Positions 8,618-20,907 of a stretch of DNA of 33,266 nucleotides are shown here, one piece after another. Numbering within the stretch: position 1 is the stretch's first letter; each line of letters begins with the position of its first letter. Source of the stretch: a candidate division WOR-3 bacterium (lineage in GTDB: Bacteria; Hydrothermota; Hydrothermia; B15-G9; WFZT01); the NCBI GenBank assembly GCA_026986655.1, contig JALSOD010000209.1:1-33266 (forward strand), read 5' to 3'. A program made the translations under genes and the position numbers. The notes under the pieces are model-generated. The model saw only the letters and a program-made list of their open reading frames with translations, had not been told where the DNA came from and made no database searches.

Positions 8618-8821
8618 CTATTCCTCCTTTTCTACCTCTTCAACCTTCACCAGATGTTTAACGACATTAATCATCCCCCTGATCTGAGGGGTATCTCTCT
8701 TCACCGTTGAACTGTTAATCTTTCTTAAACCGAGAGCATCAAGCGTTCTCTTGGCTTTCTTGTTCTGGTCTATTCTGCTCCTCACCAACGTTATCTTCAA
8801 GTACTTTTCTTTCACGGCCAT
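8618..8821 (-). CDS. rpmD: 50S ribosomal protein L30
   Basis: [68 protein letters not shown] lies directly upstream of the ATG. Confidence 0.96.
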   Translation of the reverse strand: MAVKEKYLKITLVRSRIDQNKKAKRTLDALGLRKINSSTVKRDTPQIRGMINVVKHLVKVEEVEKEE

Positions 8822-9317
8822 ACCTCCTTAAAATTCTTTTCAAGGGTACACCTCTAACCTTTGCGACTCTCTCGGGATTTTTCAACTTTAGCAGTCCATT
8901 TAATGTAGCTTTAAGCATGTTAATAGAATTATTGGATCCGAGGGATTTCGTGAGAGCGTTCTCGTAACCTGCAGCCTCAAGAATCGCACGTACCGGCTGG
9001 GATGCGATGATACCGGTACCAGGTGCAGCTGGTTTCAGCAAAATCTTACTCGCACCTTCACGGCCAATAACTTCATGAGGGAGAGTACCATTTAGAATTG
9101 GAACCTGAACGAGGTTCTTTCTGGCTTTTCTCGTTGCTTTCTGAATCGCCTCAGGAGTTTCCTGGGCCTTTCCATGTCCGATTCCTACTCTACCCTGGCC
9201 GTCACCAACAACTACCCACGCTGAAATCTTAAAATTTCTACCACCCTTTGTTACCTTTGTAACTCTTCTAAGAACAACGACATTTTCATTTAATTCTGTA
9301 ATTCCTCTTTCAGCCAT
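8739..9317 (-). CDS. rpsE: 30S ribosomal protein S5 with a 3' extension overlapping rpmD
   Basis: [53 protein letters not shown]... The canonical S5 ends near ...[15 protein letters not shown], but the frame stays open for 27 more codons to 8739. Confidence 0.9.
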   Translation of the reverse strand: MAERGITELNENVVVLRRVTKVTKGGRNFKISAWVVVGDGQGRVGIGHGKAQETPEAIQKATRKARKNLVQVPILNGTLPHEVIGREGASKILLKPAAPGTGIIASQPVRAILEAAGYENALTKSLGSNNSINMLKATLNGLLKLKNPERVAKVRGVPLKRILRRYGRERKVLEDNVGEEQNRPEQESQENA

Positions 9318-9330
9318 AATTCAACTCCCT

Positions 9331-9708
9331 TTAAAATTCAAGGCCGCCTTCTCTTGCGCCTTCGGCAAAAGCCTTTACTCTACCGTGATACTTATAACCT
9401 GCGCGGTCAAAAGCCACCTTCTTGATCCCTTTCTCAATTGCACGTTTCGCAATCAGCTTACCCACTTCTTTAGCTTTCGCAGTCTTTCCCTTCAGCTCCT
9501 TAAGTGCATCACGAATCTCAGGCGAGAGGGAGGAGGCACCGGTTATAACCCTTGACGGCCCTATAGGTGGGTCGATCACAATCTGGGCCCAGATGTGTTT
9601 GTTACTCTTATACACTACAAGCCTGGGCCTCTCCTCCGTTCCCTTAACCTTTTTTCTTACCCTTAAATGTCTTCTCTTTCTTCTCCAAACTTTAATCTCT
9701 GGTCTCAT
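9331..9708 (-). CDS. rplR: 50S ribosomal protein L18
   Basis: 125 aa: ...[35 protein letters not shown]...[26 protein letters not shown]. Confidence 0.97.
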   Translation of the reverse strand: MRPEIKVWRRKRRHLRVRKKVKGTEERPRLVVYKSNKHIWAQIVIDPPIGPSRVITGASSLSPEIRDALKELKGKTAKAKEVGKLIAKRAIEKGIKKVAFDRAGYKYHGRVKAFAEGAREGGLEF

Positions 9709-9721
9709 ATTCTCACCTCAA

Positions 9722-10264
9722 CTATGCTTTAACACCGGCTTTACCAGCTTTTCTTCTCACATACTCACCAACGTACCTGATACCTTTACCTTTGTATGGC
9801 TCAGGCGGCCTGACGGCTCTTATATTGGCTGCAAACTGACCCACGGCCTGCTTATCAATTCCTTCAACAATAATCTTATTCTGACCTTCCACCTTTACCG
9901 TGATCCCTTCAGGTGGAGTCATAACCACATCATGTGAAAATCCCACCTGAAGGACAAGATTCTTGCCATCCATTCTGGCCCTGTATCCAGTGCCCTGTAC
10001 CTCGAGCTCTTTTTTAAATCCTTCCTTCACTCCAATGATCATATTGTTGATTATCTGCCTTGTCGTTCCATGAAGCGCTCTGTGAAACTTCTTATCCGTG
10101 GGTCTTTTTACTTGAATCTCCTTGTCCTTAAACTCAATGATCATATCCGGATGATGTCTAAACTCAAGCTGCCCTTTGGGGCCTTTAACTTTAATCAATC
10201 CATCTTTATACTCGACTGTGACTCCCTCTGGTATCTTGATTGGCATTTTTCCTATTCTTGACAT
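9722..10264 (-). CDS. rplF: 50S ribosomal protein L6
   Basis: MSRIGKMPIKIPEGVTVEYKDGLIKVKGPKGQLEF...PEPYKGKGIRYVGEYVRRKAGK, 180 aa. Confidence 0.97.
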   Translation of the reverse strand: MSRIGKMPIKIPEGVTVEYKDGLIKVKGPKGQLEFRHHPDMIIEFKDKEIQVKRPTDKKFHRALHGTTRQIINNMIIGVKEGFKKELEVQGTGYRARMDGKNLVLQVGFSHDVVMTPPEGITVKVEGQNKIIVEGIDKQAVGQFAANIRAVRPPEPYKGKGIRYVGEYVRRKAGKAGVKA

Positions 10265-10276
10265 CTTAATACCTCC

Positions 10277-10675
10277 TCACCATACGTACAGCATTAGTTC
10301 GCCGCCTACCTTTCTCATCCTGGCTTCGCGATCAGTCAGTAATCCCTGTGAAGTGGAAATTATCGCAATACCCATTCCATTTTTCACCCAGGGGATCTTA
10401 TCAGAGCTCACATAGATTCTTCTTGAAGGTTTAGATACCCTCTGCAAATCCTCAATCACAGGCTCTCCGTACTCATCGTATTTCAGGACAACCTTGATCT
10501 TTCCACCTTTCTCTTCTGAAATCACCTGAAAGTCCTCGATGAACCCCTCGCGTTTTAAAATCTTTAAAATTTCCAATTTGAGATTAGATTTTGGCTCAAC
10601 AACGACCTCTTCTTTTCTATTCCTTACGGCATTCCTGATTCTGGTGAGCATATCGGCAATTGGATCTGTATTCAT
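10277..10675 (-). CDS. rpsH: 30S ribosomal protein S8
   Basis: MNTDPIADMLTRIRNAVRNRKEEV...GIAIISTSQGLLTDREARMRKVGGELMLYVW, 132 aa. Confidence 0.97.
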   Translation of the reverse strand: MNTDPIADMLTRIRNAVRNRKEEVVVEPKSNLKLEILKILKREGFIEDFQVISEEKGGKIKVVLKYDEYGEPVIEDLQRVSKPSRRIYVSSDKIPWVKNGMGIAIISTSQGLLTDREARMRKVGGELMLYVW

Positions 10676-10688
10676 TCTACCAACCTCC

Positions 10689-10877
10689 TCACCAGCTTGC
10701 CTTTTTAACGCCGGGAATTTCTCCCTTTAATGCAAGCTCTCTAAAGCAAATTCGGCACAGACCAAATTTTCTAATGTAACCGTGTGGTCTTCCGCACCTT
10801 TTACATCTATTTCTGTGCCTCACCTTGTATTTAGGCTCTTTCATAAAAGTCTTTACGACCTTAGCTTTCCTCGCCAT
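10689..10877 (-). CDS. rpsN: 30S ribosomal protein S14, short type-Z zinc form
   Basis: [62 protein letters not shown], with CxxC...CxxC. It makes a TAATG overlap with the rplE stop. Confidence 0.96.
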   Translation of the reverse strand: MARKAKVVKTFMKEPKYKVRHRNRCKRCGRPHGYIRKFGLCRICFRELALKGEIPGVKKASW

Positions 10878-11425
10878 TATGACCTCCTCTCAAACGGAAA
10901 ACCAAATTCTTCAAGGAGACGCATAGCCTCTTCATCGGTTTCCGCAGTGGTAACAATTGCAATATCCATTCCAAAAACCTTCTTCACCTTATCAATATCA
11001 ATTTCTGGAAACACTGTGTGTTCATTCAATCCAAAATTGTAGTTTCCTCTACCATCAAAAGAGTCCCTTGGAAGTCCTCTAAAATCTCTCACACGGGGTA
11101 GGGCAAAGTTGATCAATCTATCAAGAAAGTCATGCGCCATTCTTCCACGAAGAGTAACCTTTAATCCGATGGGCATCCCTTTCCTCAGGTGGAAAGCCGC
11201 AACCGCCTTTCTCGCTCTTCTAACCACAGGCCTCTGTCCGGTGATCATGGCGAGATCCTCAGCAATTACATCAAGAATCTTTGGATCCTGCACAGCCTCA
11301 CCAACACCGACATTAACCACGACTTTCTCGATCCTTGGGACCTGATGGATATTTTTGTATCCCAACTCTTTCATCAACTTCGGCCTGATTTTCTCTTTGT
11401 ATTCCTGGAGATACCTGGACATCAC
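10877..11425 (-). CDS. rplE: 50S ribosomal protein L5
   Basis: 182 aa: ...[19 protein letters not shown]...[18 protein letters not shown]. It makes an ATGA overlap with rplX. Confidence 0.97.
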   Translation of the reverse strand: MMSRYLQEYKEKIRPKLMKELGYKNIHQVPRIEKVVVNVGVGEAVQDPKILDVIAEDLAMITGQRPVVRRARKAVAAFHLRKGMPIGLKVTLRGRMAHDFLDRLINFALPRVRDFRGLPRDSFDGRGNYNFGLNEHTVFPEIDIDKVKKVFGMDIAIVTTAETDEEAMRLLEEFGFPFERRS

Positions 11426-11748
11426 TCAATCACCTCTCCGCATTTTTTGCAATATCTCACTTTTCTACCATCTTCTAAAAACTTAAATCCGACACGGGTA
11501 GGATTTCCGCAGTTCGGGCATATCAATCTGACATTTGAAACATGAATAGGCGCTTCCATCTCGATTATTCCATGTGGCTCTTCTGGAGAAGTTCTTCTCT
11601 GATGCTTTTTAACCTTATTAACGTCCTCAACGATAATCCTATTTGTCTCAGGAAAAACTTTGATTACTTTCCCAATTTTCCCTCTTGTCCTGTTGTGGTC
11701 GCCTTTAACCACGAGGACTGTATCACCTTTCTTGATCTTCGCAGCCAT
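11422..11748 (-). CDS. rplX: 50S ribosomal protein L24 (with C-terminal CxxC...CxxC)
   Basis: [31 protein letters not shown] (KOW motif) ...[43 protein letters not shown], 108 aa. Confidence 0.97.
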   Translation of the reverse strand: MAAKIKKGDTVLVVKGDHNRTRGKIGKVIKVFPETNRIIVEDVNKVKKHQRRTSPEEPHGIIEMEAPIHVSNVRLICPNCGNPTRVGFKFLEDGRKVRYCKKCGEVIE

Positions 11749-12117
11749 TTAGACCACCTCCGGAGCGAGAGACACAATTTTCATGAACTTTCTTTCTCTC
11801 AGCTCTCTTGCAACAGGACCAAAAACACGGGTACCCTTTGGATCGTTGTACTGGTCAATAAGAACCGCCGCGTTATCATCAAACTTTATGTAGGTGCCAT
11901 CCTTTCTCCTCATTTCCTTTCTCGTTCTCACAATCACAGCCTTCATCACATCACCCTTTTTCACAGATGAACCGGGGACAGCCTCTTTGATGGTAACAAC
12001 AACGACATCTCCTACATAAGCATACTTTCTTCTTGAGCCACCCAAAACTTTAATAACCATGGCCTCCTGTGCACCAGTATTATCAGCAATCTTTAATCTC
12101 GTAAAATCCTGTATCAT
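11749..12117 (-). CDS. rplN: 50S ribosomal protein L14
   Basis: [46 protein letters not shown]..., 122 aa. Confidence 0.97.
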   Translation of the reverse strand: MIQDFTRLKIADNTGAQEAMVIKVLGGSRRKYAYVGDVVVVTIKEAVPGSSVKKGDVMKAVIVRTRKEMRRKDGTYIKFDDNAAVLIDQYNDPKGTRVFGPVARELRERKFMKIVSLAPEVV

Positions 12118-12410
12118 TTTTCTTCCTCCTTGTTCAACAATTCCTCTGGACGTTCGGCTTTCCTAAGAATTTCAACAAGTCTCCATCTCTTGATCTTTGA
12201 AAGGGGTCTGGTCTCCATAATTCTCACAATGTCACCCTCTCTCGATTCGTTGCGTTCGTCGTGGACATAGTACTTTTTTCTGACTTTGATATATTTCTTG
12301 TAGAGAGGGTGCTTGACTATTCTCTCTACGACCACGACCCGTGTTTTGTCCATTTTATCGGAAACGACCTTACCGACTCTTTCCTTCCTGAACCCGCGTC
12401 TTTCCATCAT
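12114..12410 (-). CDS. rpsQ: 30S ribosomal protein S17
   Basis: 98 aa: ...[72 protein letters not shown]. Confidence 0.97.
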   Translation of the reverse strand: MMERRGFRKERVGKVVSDKMDKTRVVVVERIVKHPLYKKYIKVRKKYYVHDERNESREGDIVRIMETRPLSKIKRWRLVEILRKAERPEELLNKEEEK

Positions 12411-12622
12411 TTCACTTCACTCCCGGTTTGTTGGAGTTCTCTTTCCCTCAGAATAGTGAGGATTCTCGCGATGTCTTTTTTTAGCATCTTGAACATGTGT
12501 GATTTTACCTCGGCCTTCTGTGCGTGCTGGAAACGGAGATTAAAAAGCTCCTCCTTTAGCTCACTCAACTTTTGGCGGAGTTCATCGTCGGTCAGTTCCC
12601 TTAATTCTCTTGCCTTCATCAC
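12407..12622 (-). CDS. rpmC: 50S ribosomal protein L29
   Basis: [34 protein letters not shown]..., 71 aa, with ATGA overlaps on both sides. Confidence 0.96.
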   Translation of the reverse strand: MMKARELRELTDDELRQKLSELKEELFNLRFQHAQKAEVKSHMFKMLKKDIARILTILRERELQQTGSEVK

Positions 12623-13038
12623 ATTCCTCCTTCCTTAAGAGACACAAACCTTGTCTTTATGGGAAGTTTAAAAGACGCCTTCCTGAATGCCTCACGAGCC
12701 TGTTCCTCTGTAACACCGGCCAGCTCGAAGAGAATTCTGCCAGGTTTCACCACTGCGACCCAGCGATCGACGTTACCCTTACCCTTTCCCATACGTGTCT
12801 CGGCAGGTTTCTTGGTCACGGGCTTATCAGGGAAAATCCTGATCCAGAGTTTGCCACCCTTTTTAAGATACCTTGTGATGGCAAGACGGGCAGCTTCTAT
12901 TTGATTTCCCGTGATCCAATGCGCCTCAAGCGCTTTTAATCCATATTCACCAAAAGCAATATAGTTTCCTGAAGTTGCCTTTCCTTTTCTCCGACCCCTG
13001 TGCTGTTTTCTATATTTTGTCCTCTTAGGCATCAACAT
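12619..13038 (-). CDS. rplP: 50S ribosomal protein L16
   Basis: [38 protein letters not shown]...[24 protein letters not shown], 139 aa. Confidence 0.97.
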   Translation of the reverse strand: MLMPKRTKYRKQHRGRRKGKATSGNYIAFGEYGLKALEAHWITGNQIEAARLAITRYLKKGGKLWIRIFPDKPVTKKPAETRMGKGKGNVDRWVAVVKPGRILFELAGVTEEQAREAFRKASFKLPIKTRFVSLKEGGM

Positions 13039-13040
13039 TT

Positions 13041-13703
13041 CTAATACACCTCCTCCTCTTCCACACCTTTCTTTGGAAGTATCTCACCTTTGTAAATCCA
13101 GACCTTCACCCCGATAGTACCGTATTTTGTGTAAGCAGTAGCCTCAGCGTAATCAATGTCTGCCCTCAGTGTCTGAAGAGGCACCCGACCTTTTCTGTAC
13201 CACTCTTTACGCGCGATCTCTGCACCACCAAGCCTTCCCTTAGTCTGGACCTTTATACCCTTTGCACCCATCCTCATTGCCATATCAACAGCTCTCTTCA
13301 TAGCCCTTCTGTGCGAAACACGCTGCTCAATCTTCTGAGCAATAGACTGAGCCACAAGCTCTGCCTGAATTTCTGGTATCCTGACCTCATGAACATTTAT
13401 GTTGATGTCCCTTTTACCTGTTAACTCCATGAGCTCTCTTCTCAAGATCTCAACCTCAGCTCCTCGTCTTCCAATCACAACACCCGGTCTTGATGTGTAA
13501 ATGTTGATGCTCAGTTTTTCTGCGGCTCTATCAATAACAATATCGGCAACCTGTGCATCTTTCAGTCTCGTTCTTAAATACTGTCTAATCTTAAGGTCTT
13601 CTTGAAGGTTTGCTTCGAGATCTTTTCCCTCAGCAAACCAGTGAGCTTTCCAATCTTTGGTAAATCCCAATCTAAACCCGATCGGATGAACTTTCTGACC
13701 CAT
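13041..13703 (-). CDS. rpsC: 30S ribosomal protein S3
   Basis: [27 protein letters not shown]... with KH and S3-C domains, 220 aa. Confidence 0.97.
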   Translation of the reverse strand: MGQKVHPIGFRLGFTKDWKAHWFAEGKDLEANLQEDLKIRQYLRTRLKDAQVADIVIDRAAEKLSINIYTSRPGVVIGRRGAEVEILRRELMELTGKRDININVHEVRIPEIQAELVAQSIAQKIEQRVSHRRAMKRAVDMAMRMGAKGIKVQTKGRLGGAEIARKEWYRKGRVPLQTLRADIDYAEATAYTKYGTIGVKVWIYKGEILPKKGVEEEEVY

Positions 13704-13711
13704 GTTACCTC

Positions 13712-14044
13712 CTATTCAGAGACTTGAATTGTTATGTGAGACATTCTATGCCTGATTAACACGGCTCTTCCGCGCCATGCAGGTCTGATTCTTCTCATTG
13801 TAGGTCCCTTGTCAACTTTAGCCTCAACTATCCTCAACTGATCCTTTTCCACCTGATGTTTTTCGGTATATGAAGCAACTGCTGCTTTCAGTGCCTTCTC
13901 GATCAATCTTGCTGCTTTCTTTTTCGAAAAAGCGAGAATTGCCTCTGCCTGGGGTACACTCTTTCCACGAATTAAATCCATAACAGGCTTAACTTTCTTT
14001 GGAGAAATTCTCTGATATTTCAAAATAGCTCTTCCAACTGCCAT
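13712..14044 (-). CDS. rplV: 50S ribosomal protein L22
   Basis: 110 aa: ...[33 protein letters not shown]...[27 protein letters not shown]. Confidence 0.97.
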   Translation of the reverse strand: MAVGRAILKYQRISPKKVKPVMDLIRGKSVPQAEAILAFSKKKAARLIEKALKAAVASYTEKHQVEKDQLRIVEAKVDKGPTMRRIRPAWRGRAVLIRHRMSHITIQVSE

Positions 14045-14049
14045 CTTCC

Positions 14050-14337
14050 CTACCTCACTTTACCTTTCTGTGCTTTCTTCATATCCTTGTGTCCTCTATA
14101 GGTCCTCGTTGGTGCGAATTCACCTAACTTGTGTCCTACCATATCCTGATGAATGTAAACCGGTATAAATTTCCGACCGTTATGAACCGCAATAGTGTGT
14201 CCAACAAACTCAGGCAGAATAGTGGAACGTCTTGACCAGGTTTTAATAACCTTCTTCTCGCCCTTTTCGTTAAGCTCTTGGATTTTCTTCAGCAATTTAG
14301 GATCGACATACGGTCCTTTCTTAACGGATCTGCCCAT
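14050..14337 (-). CDS. rpsS: 30S ribosomal protein S19
   Basis: [19 protein letters not shown]...[31 protein letters not shown]...[18 protein letters not shown], 95 aa. Confidence 0.97.
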   Translation of the reverse strand: MGRSVKKGPYVDPKLLKKIQELNEKGEKKVIKTWSRRSTILPEFVGHTIAVHNGRKFIPVYIHQDMVGHKLGEFAPTRTYRGHKDMKKAQKGKVR

Positions 14338-14339
14338 TA

Positions 14340-15179
14340 TTATTTCCTCCGCTTCTTAGCAGTACGTCTTTTAACAATAAATCTGTCAGAAGGTTTTCTC
14401 TTCTTTCTCGTTTTCTTCCCATCAACAAGACCCCACGGACTGCAAGGTGGACGACCACTCTTTGAGCGACCTTCTCCACCACCAAGTGGGTGATCCACCG
14501 GGTTCATCACGATACCTCTGACGTGAGGACGTCTGCCCATCCATCTCTTTCTTCCAGCCTTACCGATATCAACATTCTCGTGGTCCACGTTCGAAACACG
14601 TCCAATAGTTGCAAGGCACTTCTGGTTAATCAATCTTACCTCACCGGATGGCAGTTGAACGTGAGCGTATTTCCCTTCTTTTGAAAGAATAACTGCCGCC
14701 GTGCCGGCTGAGCGGACAAGCTGTCCACCCTTTCCAGGGACAAGCTCGATATTGTGAATCTCCCAACCCTCCGGAATCTCAGAGAGTGGAAGGGCGTTCC
14801 CAACTTTTAACTCTGCCCCTGGACCCGACATTACCTCATCACCAACTTTTAAGCCGTCGGGCGCTATAATATATCTCTTTTCACCGTCAACATACTGCAG
14901 GAGAGCAATCCATGCTGTCCTGAATGGATCATATTCAATTGACTTTACTTTCGCAGGGATTCCAAATTTCTCTCTTCTAAAATCAATAATCCTGTACTTC
15001 CTTTTATTTCCGCCACCTCTAAATCTAACTGTTATTCGCCCCAGGTTATTCCTTCCACCGGTCTTCGGAAGAGTTACCGTGAGAGATTTTTCAGGTTCCT
15101 TTCTCGTCAATTCACTGTAGTCGACTGTGCTCATAAAGCGTCTCGACGGCGTGTATGGTTTGTACTTTTTAATTCCCAT
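14340..15179 (-). CDS. rplB: 50S ribosomal protein L2
   Basis: [21 protein letters not shown]...[15 protein letters not shown]...[25 protein letters not shown], 279 aa. Confidence 0.97.
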   Translation of the reverse strand: MGIKKYKPYTPSRRFMSTVDYSELTRKEPEKSLTVTLPKTGGRNNLGRITVRFRGGGNKRKYRIIDFRREKFGIPAKVKSIEYDPFRTAWIALLQYVDGEKRYIIAPDGLKVGDEVMSGPGAELKVGNALPLSEIPEGWEIHNIELVPGKGGQLVRSAGTAAVILSKEGKYAHVQLPSGEVRLINQKCLATIGRVSNVDHENVDIGKAGRKRWMGRRPHVRGIVMNPVDHPLGGGEGRSKSGRPPCSPWGLVDGKKTRKKRKPSDRFIVKRRTAKKRRK

Positions 15180-15184
15180 TTAAA

Positions 15185-15478
15185 TCACACTCCTTCCAAT
15201 CCTTCGATTCTTTCACCTTTTCTTAATTTAACGTAAGCCTTTTTGTACGATCTCGTGTATCCAGGTGCTCTTCTCACTCTTCTCGGTTTTCCTTTCATAT
15301 TCACAATCTTCACATCCTCAACTTTCACCTTAAAAAGCTCTTCGATAGCCTTCTTGATCTGGGGCTTGTTGGCATCCTTAGCCACCTCGAACGCGTAGTA
15401 ATTTCCGAGCTTCTCTCTCAAAAAAGTAACCTTTTCCGTCAAAATCGGTCTGATGATAATATCTCTCGGGTCTTTCAT
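15185..15478 (-). CDS. rplW: 50S ribosomal protein L23
   Basis: 97 aa: ...[53 protein letters not shown]. Confidence 0.96.
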   Translation of the reverse strand: MKDPRDIIIRPILTEKVTFLREKLGNYYAFEVAKDANKPQIKKAIEELFKVKVEDVKIVNMKGKPRRVRRAPGYTRSYKKAYVKLRKGERIEGLEGV

Positions 15479-16098
15479 ACCAATCTCTCCTCAAGTGTTT
15501 TCAAGCTATCCTTTTCCAGAACCACATACTCGTAATTCAACACGTCGAGGGCATTCAAGTCCTTAGCTAACTTCACATCCACTTTCGGTATGTTTCTTCC
15601 GGACAGATAGACGTTTCTGTTATGCTCGTTGAGAACAAATACCACCTTTCTGCTGTCCAGCCCCATTCTGTTCACCAGGTTAACCATGTTCTTTGTCTTC
15701 GGAGTGTCAAATCCAACCTTTTCCATAACAAAAACGCGTCGAGCCATTGCCCTATCCGAGAGAGCCATTTTAAGAGCGAGTTTTTTTACCTTTTTTGGCA
15801 CACTGTAGCTATAGTCGCGTGGTTTTGGACCGAAAGCTTTATATCCACCCACAAATATGTTGGCTGATCTCGAACCGTGTCTTGCTCTACCAAGTCCCTT
15901 TTGAGGGAACAATTTTGCTGTTGAATAAGCAAGCTCGCTTCTCGCCTTTGTCTTATGGGTACCGCGTCTCTTATTCGCCTGATACATTCTTACAACTTCC
16001 CAGAGCACAGCCTTCTTAGGCCTCACTCCAAAAACCACTTCTGGTAATTCAACCGTATCTATCTTTTCTCCATTAGCGTTAAAAAGTGGAGCTTTCAT
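15475..16098 (-). CDS. rplD: 50S ribosomal protein L4
   Basis: 207 aa: ...[55 protein letters not shown]. It makes ATGA overlaps with rplC and rplW. Confidence 0.97.
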   Translation of the reverse strand: MKAPLFNANGEKIDTVELPEVVFGVRPKKAVLWEVVRMYQANKRRGTHKTKARSELAYSTAKLFPQKGLGRARHGSRSANIFVGGYKAFGPKPRDYSYSVPKKVKKLALKMALSDRAMARRVFVMEKVGFDTPKTKNMVNLVNRMGLDSRKVVFVLNEHNRNVYLSGRNIPKVDVKLAKDLNALDVLNYEYVVLEKDSLKTLEERLV

Positions 16099-16799
16099 TT
16101 CTTATTCTCCTCTTTTTTCTTGGAACCGAGAGCCGAGACAACCGGTTTATTGGGTTTGGGCCTCTTAGTCTTTCTCAGAATCACTATGCTTCCATTGGCA
16201 CCTGGAACTGCACCCTTGACAAGTATCAGATTTTTATCCGGATAGATTTTTACCACCTGAAGATTCAGAACCGTGACTCTTCTGTTTCCCATGTGTCCAG
16301 CCATCTTCTTGCCTTTCCACACGCGACCTGGATCCGTAGTCTGACCGATGGAACCTGGAGCTCTATGAAACTTAGAGCCATGTGATTTTGGGCCTCCGTG
16401 GAAGCCCCACCTCTTCATAACACCCTGGAATCCCTTACCTTTAGAAATCCCTGTTACATCAACGAACTCATTTTCTTCAAAAACGTCCGTGACTTTGATT
16501 GCCTGCCCTGGTTTGAATTTTGAAGGATCTTCAACCTTGAATTCAGTGATCTTCTGGGCAGGGTAAGTTTCCCTGCCATCACCCAGGGCCTTAACAAGTT
16601 CACCAAGAAGAGGCTTCGAGAGCCTCTTCTTGGGAACTTCGCCAAAAGCCACTTTGATTGCGTTGTAACCGTCCTTCTCAACAGTCTTCCCCTGAAGGAC
16701 GTAACAGGGGCCGGCTTCAATAACGGTAACAACCGTTATTGAGCCGTCTTCGGTAGGGATCTGGGTCATTCCCAGCTTTCTACCAATTATTCCTTCCAT
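16095..16799 (-). CDS. rplC: 50S ribosomal protein L3 (with a Lys-rich C-terminal tail)
   Basis: MEGIIGRKLGMTQIPTEDG...GISKGKGFQGVMKRWGFHGGPKSHGSKFHRAPGSIG, 234 aa. Confidence 0.97.
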   Translation of the reverse strand: MEGIIGRKLGMTQIPTEDGSITVVTVIEAGPCYVLQGKTVEKDGYNAIKVAFGEVPKKRLSKPLLGELVKALGDGRETYPAQKITEFKVEDPSKFKPGQAIKVTDVFEENEFVDVTGISKGKGFQGVMKRWGFHGGPKSHGSKFHRAPGSIGQTTDPGRVWKGKKMAGHMGNRRVTVLNLQVVKIYPDKNLILVKGAVPGANGSIVILRKTKRPKPNKPVVSALGSKKKEENKK

Positions 16800-16802
16800 T
16801 TT

Positions 16803-17114
16803 TTACACCACCTTGATTTCAACGTCTACACCAGCTGGCAAATCCAGTCTGGATAGTTTATCAATCGTTTCCTGTGTTGGTTTCCTGATCTCTATCAGTC
16901 TTTTGTGAATCTTTAGCTCGAACTGCTCTTGAGAACGCTTGTGCACATGAGGTGATCTGATAACCGAGAAAAGCGTCCTCTTCGTTGGAAGAGGGATTGG
17001 ACCAGACACCTCAGCACCCGTCCTCTTGGCAGTCAGCGTTATCCTCTTCGCCGACCTATCAATCAAGGCCGGGTCAAATGACTTTAGCTTTATCCTTATT
17101 TTTCCTTCAATCAT
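16803..17114 (-). CDS. rpsJ: 30S ribosomal protein S10
   Basis: [25 protein letters not shown]...[39 protein letters not shown], 103 aa. The start is 1 nt after the tuf stop. Confidence 0.97.
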   Translation of the reverse strand: MIEGKIRIKLKSFDPALIDRSAKRITLTAKRTGAEVSGPIPLPTKRTLFSVIRSPHVHKRSQEQFELKIHKRLIEIRKPTQETIDKLSRLDLPAGVDVEIKVV

Positions 17115-17115
17115 T

Positions 17116-18312
17116 TTACTCTATGATCTCGGTTACGACTCCAGCACCCACAGTTCTTCCACCTTCTCTAACTGCGAATCTGAGTCCTTCCTCAAGAGCT
17201 ACTGGCTCGATAAGCTCAACCTCAAGATTGACGTGGTCACCAGGCATGACCATTTCGCGACCCTCTGGAAGCTTGATTGTACCGGTTACATCTGTTGTTC
17301 TGAAATAGAACTGAGGCCTGTAGCCAGTGAAGAATGGTGTGTGTCTTCCACCCTCTTCTTTCTTCAAGACGTAAACCTGAGCCTTAAATTTCTTGTGAGG
17401 CGTGATAGAACCAGGTTTCGCAACAACCATTCCTCTCTCAACGTCGTCCTTCTTGATTCCTCTCAAAAGAAGTCCAACGTTATCACCAGCTCTTGCTTCG
17501 TCAAGAATCTTTCTGAACATCTCGATAGACGTAACAACTGTCTTGATTGGCTTGTCTCTGAAGCCAACAATCTCAACTTCCTCACCTGGCTTAAGAATAC
17601 CACGCTCAACCCTTCCTGTCACTACAGTACCACGACCCGTGATGGAGAAGATGTCCTCAATTGCCATGAGGAATGGCTTGTCAATCTCTCTCTTAGGCTC
17701 AGGAATGTACTCATCCATTGCATCAAGGAGTTCCTTGATGGATTTGAACCACTCACAATCTTCACTTTCACACTCGAGCGCTTTGAGAGCTGACCCCCTG
17801 ATAATAGGAACCTCGTCACCAGGGAATTCGTAGTTGTTAAGAAGGTCTCTGATCTCAAGCTCCACGAGATCAAGAATCTCAGGGTCATCAACCATATCAA
17901 CCTTGTTCATGTAGACAACGATGTATGGAACGTTAACCTGTCTTGCCAAAAGGATGTGCTCTCTTGTCTGAGGCATAGGTCCGTCAGTTGCGGCAACAAC
18001 AAGGATAGCACCGTCCATCTGGGCAGCACCAGTGATCATGTTCTTAATGTAGTCAGCATGACCCGGGCAGTCGATGTGAGCATAGTGCCTTTTCTCTGTT
18101 TCGTACTCAATGTGAGCAAGATTAATTGTGATTCCGCGAGCCTTTTCCTCAGGAGCCTTATCGATCGCGTCAAAGGGGACGTACTCTGCAAGTCCCTTGA
18201 AGGACAGGTACTTTGTTATAGCACTGGTCAGTGTAGACTTTCCGTGGTCAACATGACCAATTGTTCCAACGTTTATATGTGGCTTCTTCCTTTCAAACTT
18301 TGGCTTAGACAT
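17116..18312 (-). CDS. tuf: Elongation factor Tu
   Basis: [29 protein letters not shown]...DCPGHADY...NKVD...SALKALE, 398 aa. Confidence 0.98.
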   Translation of the reverse strand: MSKPKFERKKPHINVGTIGHVDHGKSTLTSAITKYLSFKGLAEYVPFDAIDKAPEEKARGITINLAHIEYETEKRHYAHIDCPGHADYIKNMITGAAQMDGAILVVAATDGPMPQTREHILLARQVNVPYIVVYMNKVDMVDDPEILDLVELEIRDLLNNYEFPGDEVPIIRGSALKALECESEDCEWFKSIKELLDAMDEYIPEPKREIDKPFLMAIEDIFSITGRGTVVTGRVERGILKPGEEVEIVGFRDKPIKTVVTSIEMFRKILDEARAGDNVGLLLRGIKKDDVERGMVVAKPGSITPHKKFKAQVYVLKKEEGGRHTPFFTGYRPQFYFRTTDVTGTIKLPEGREMVMPGDHVNLEVELIEPVALEEGLRFAVREGGRTVGAGVVTEIIE

Positions 18313-18330
18313 ATCTTACACCTCCGTTGC

Positions 18331-20415
18331 TTATTGTAATACTAAAATTTTCTCCAGCTCGTCCTCTGGCACAGGTGCGAAATGAGACAGCTTCATCCAA
18401 AAGTTTCCTCGCCCCTGTGTCAGGGAACGCAGCGTTGTTGAATAGCCAAAAATTTTCCTCAGGGCAACTCTTGCAACAACTTTTTGCAAGACCTCACCCA
18501 GAGCTTCAATTCTCACGAGCTCACCGCCCCTGGCACCTAAATCTGCAACTACATTCCCCACAAATTCCTGGGGGAGTACTATCTCCAGATCCACTACTGG
18601 TTCAAGTAAAACAGGTTTTCCCTCTTTCAGGCCATCCTGCATTGCACGCAGGACAGCAAGCCTCGTGCCAAGGGGAGTATACTCCTCTCCCAATAATACC
18701 TTTAATATTTTAATGCCTACGTCGACAACTTTGTAGCCCATTAATGGACCATAATAAAGTGCTTCCTCAATTGCAGAATTTAAAACTTCCTGAATTTCCC
18801 CACTTAAACCATCGACTTCTATTTCAACATAGTTCCCTTCTCCCTTATTCCTTGGTGTAATCTCAAGCTCCACTCCACCTTTGTGTCTTACACCTCCAAT
18901 CTCCTTATCAACGGTTCTCTCAATTCTTACAGGCTGGGTTATTGTCTCACGATAAGCAACCTGAGGTTTGCCCGTCCTAACCTCAAGTCCAAATTCGCGT
19001 TTCAATCTATCAACGATAATATCAAGGTGAAGCTCTCCCATACCGGAAACCAGCAATTGACCAGTTTCCCTATCCCTCTCAATCCTGAAAGTTGGGTCCT
19101 CTATAGACATCTCTTTTAATGTAGTCTCTAACTTCTCCTCATCCTTAGCCGATCTGGGCTCAATAGAAAGTGAGATTACAGGCTCAGGGAAACTCATACC
19201 TTCAAGCAAAATCGGGTGGTCAGGGTCAGAGAGCGTATCTCCGGTTTTCGCTGTTTTAAGTCCCACAAGTGCAACAATTTCACCGGCTCTTGCAAAGTTC
19301 ACAGGCTCTTTCTTGTTGGCATGCATGAGATAGATTCTTGTAACCCTTCCAACCTCGCCACTATTATTGACGAGGACCTTTTTGTTTACCCTGAGACTCC
19401 CTGCGTAAACCCTTGTCAAAAACAATTTGTTCGCATGTTTGTCAAGCTGAATCTTAAAAACGACAGCCGTAAAAGGCTCATCTGGGTCAGGTCTTCTTTC
19501 AAGTTTTTCTCCTGTGTTAGGATTGATTCCAACAACAGGAGGCATATCAAGTGGTGAAGGGAGATAATAAACTATGGCATCAAGCAAGGGTTGGATGCCC
19601 TTATTTTTGAGTGAAGACCCCATCAACACGGGAACAAATTTCTGTTCCAGCGTACCCTGTCTTATAGCCTTTCTAAGCCTTTCGGGACTTACTTTTCCCT
19701 TCTCTTCAAATTCATCGAGTATCTTCTCGTCGAATTCAGAAAGCTCAAAAATCAAACTTTCGTAGGTCTCAGCGATCCCATCTTCAAGCTCTACTTTTTC
19801 CACTTTGTATTTTTCACCGGTATGGTCAATTTCATCACTCCAGATATACTTCTTCAATTCCACAAGGTCAATCACTCCGGTGAACGAACTCTCAATCCCA
19901 ACTGGTAACTGGAGGGGGAGAGTCTTCACTTTGAATCTCTCCTCGATCATTCCAATCACTTTCTTTGGGTTAGCACCAAGCCGATCAAGTTTGTTGATGT
20001 ATGCAATCCTTCTGACATTATACTTATCAGCTTGATGCCATACGGTTTCTGACTGAGGCTCCACTCCTGCCACACCATCAAAAATAACAATAAGTCCATC
20101 AAGAATTCTGAGGGATCGCTCAACTTCAGCTGTGAAATCTACATGTCCGGGAGTATCGATAATGTTAATTCTAAACCCCTTCCAGTAAACTGTTGTCGCA
20201 GCACTAACGATAGTTATCCCCCTCTCCTTTTCCTGAATCATCCAGTCGGTGGTGGCACTACCCTCATCTACCTCCCCTATTCTATGAACTCTCTTTGTAT
20301 AGTAAAGAATACGTTCTGTGGTTGTGGTTTTGCCAGCGTCGATGTGAGCGGCAAAACCAATATTTCTAATTTTATCGAGTTCATACTTATTATGCGGTTT
20401 AGTGTCACCACTCAT
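18331..20415 (-). CDS. fusA: Elongation factor G
   Basis: 694 aa: ...[25 protein letters not shown]...DTPGHVDF...NKLDR, with domains II to V recognisable. Confidence 0.98.
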   Translation of the reverse strand: MSGDTKPHNKYELDKIRNIGFAAHIDAGKTTTTERILYYTKRVHRIGEVDEGSATTDWMIQEKERGITIVSAATTVYWKGFRINIIDTPGHVDFTAEVERSLRILDGLIVIFDGVAGVEPQSETVWHQADKYNVRRIAYINKLDRLGANPKKVIGMIEERFKVKTLPLQLPVGIESSFTGVIDLVELKKYIWSDEIDHTGEKYKVEKVELEDGIAETYESLIFELSEFDEKILDEFEEKGKVSPERLRKAIRQGTLEQKFVPVLMGSSLKNKGIQPLLDAIVYYLPSPLDMPPVVGINPNTGEKLERRPDPDEPFTAVVFKIQLDKHANKLFLTRVYAGSLRVNKKVLVNNSGEVGRVTRIYLMHANKKEPVNFARAGEIVALVGLKTAKTGDTLSDPDHPILLEGMSFPEPVISLSIEPRSAKDEEKLETTLKEMSIEDPTFRIERDRETGQLLVSGMGELHLDIIVDRLKREFGLEVRTGKPQVAYRETITQPVRIERTVDKEIGGVRHKGGVELEITPRNKGEGNYVEIEVDGLSGEIQEVLNSAIEEALYYGPLMGYKVVDVGIKILKVLLGEEYTPLGTRLAVLRAMQDGLKEGKPVLLEPVVDLEIVLPQEFVGNVVADLGARGGELVRIEALGEVLQKVVARVALRKIFGYSTTLRSLTQGRGNFWMKLSHFAPVPEDELEKILVLQ

Positions 20416-20421
20416 ACATTA

Positions 20422-20907
<486 letters not shown>

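Noticed and set aside
17026-17793. 255-aa ORF on the + strand, antisense to rpsJ and tuf
   Set aside because: It lies entirely opposite highly conserved genes, has low-complexity Ser/Leu-rich content, and has no SD or promoter. Long antisense open frames are an expected by-product of biased codon usage in tuf.
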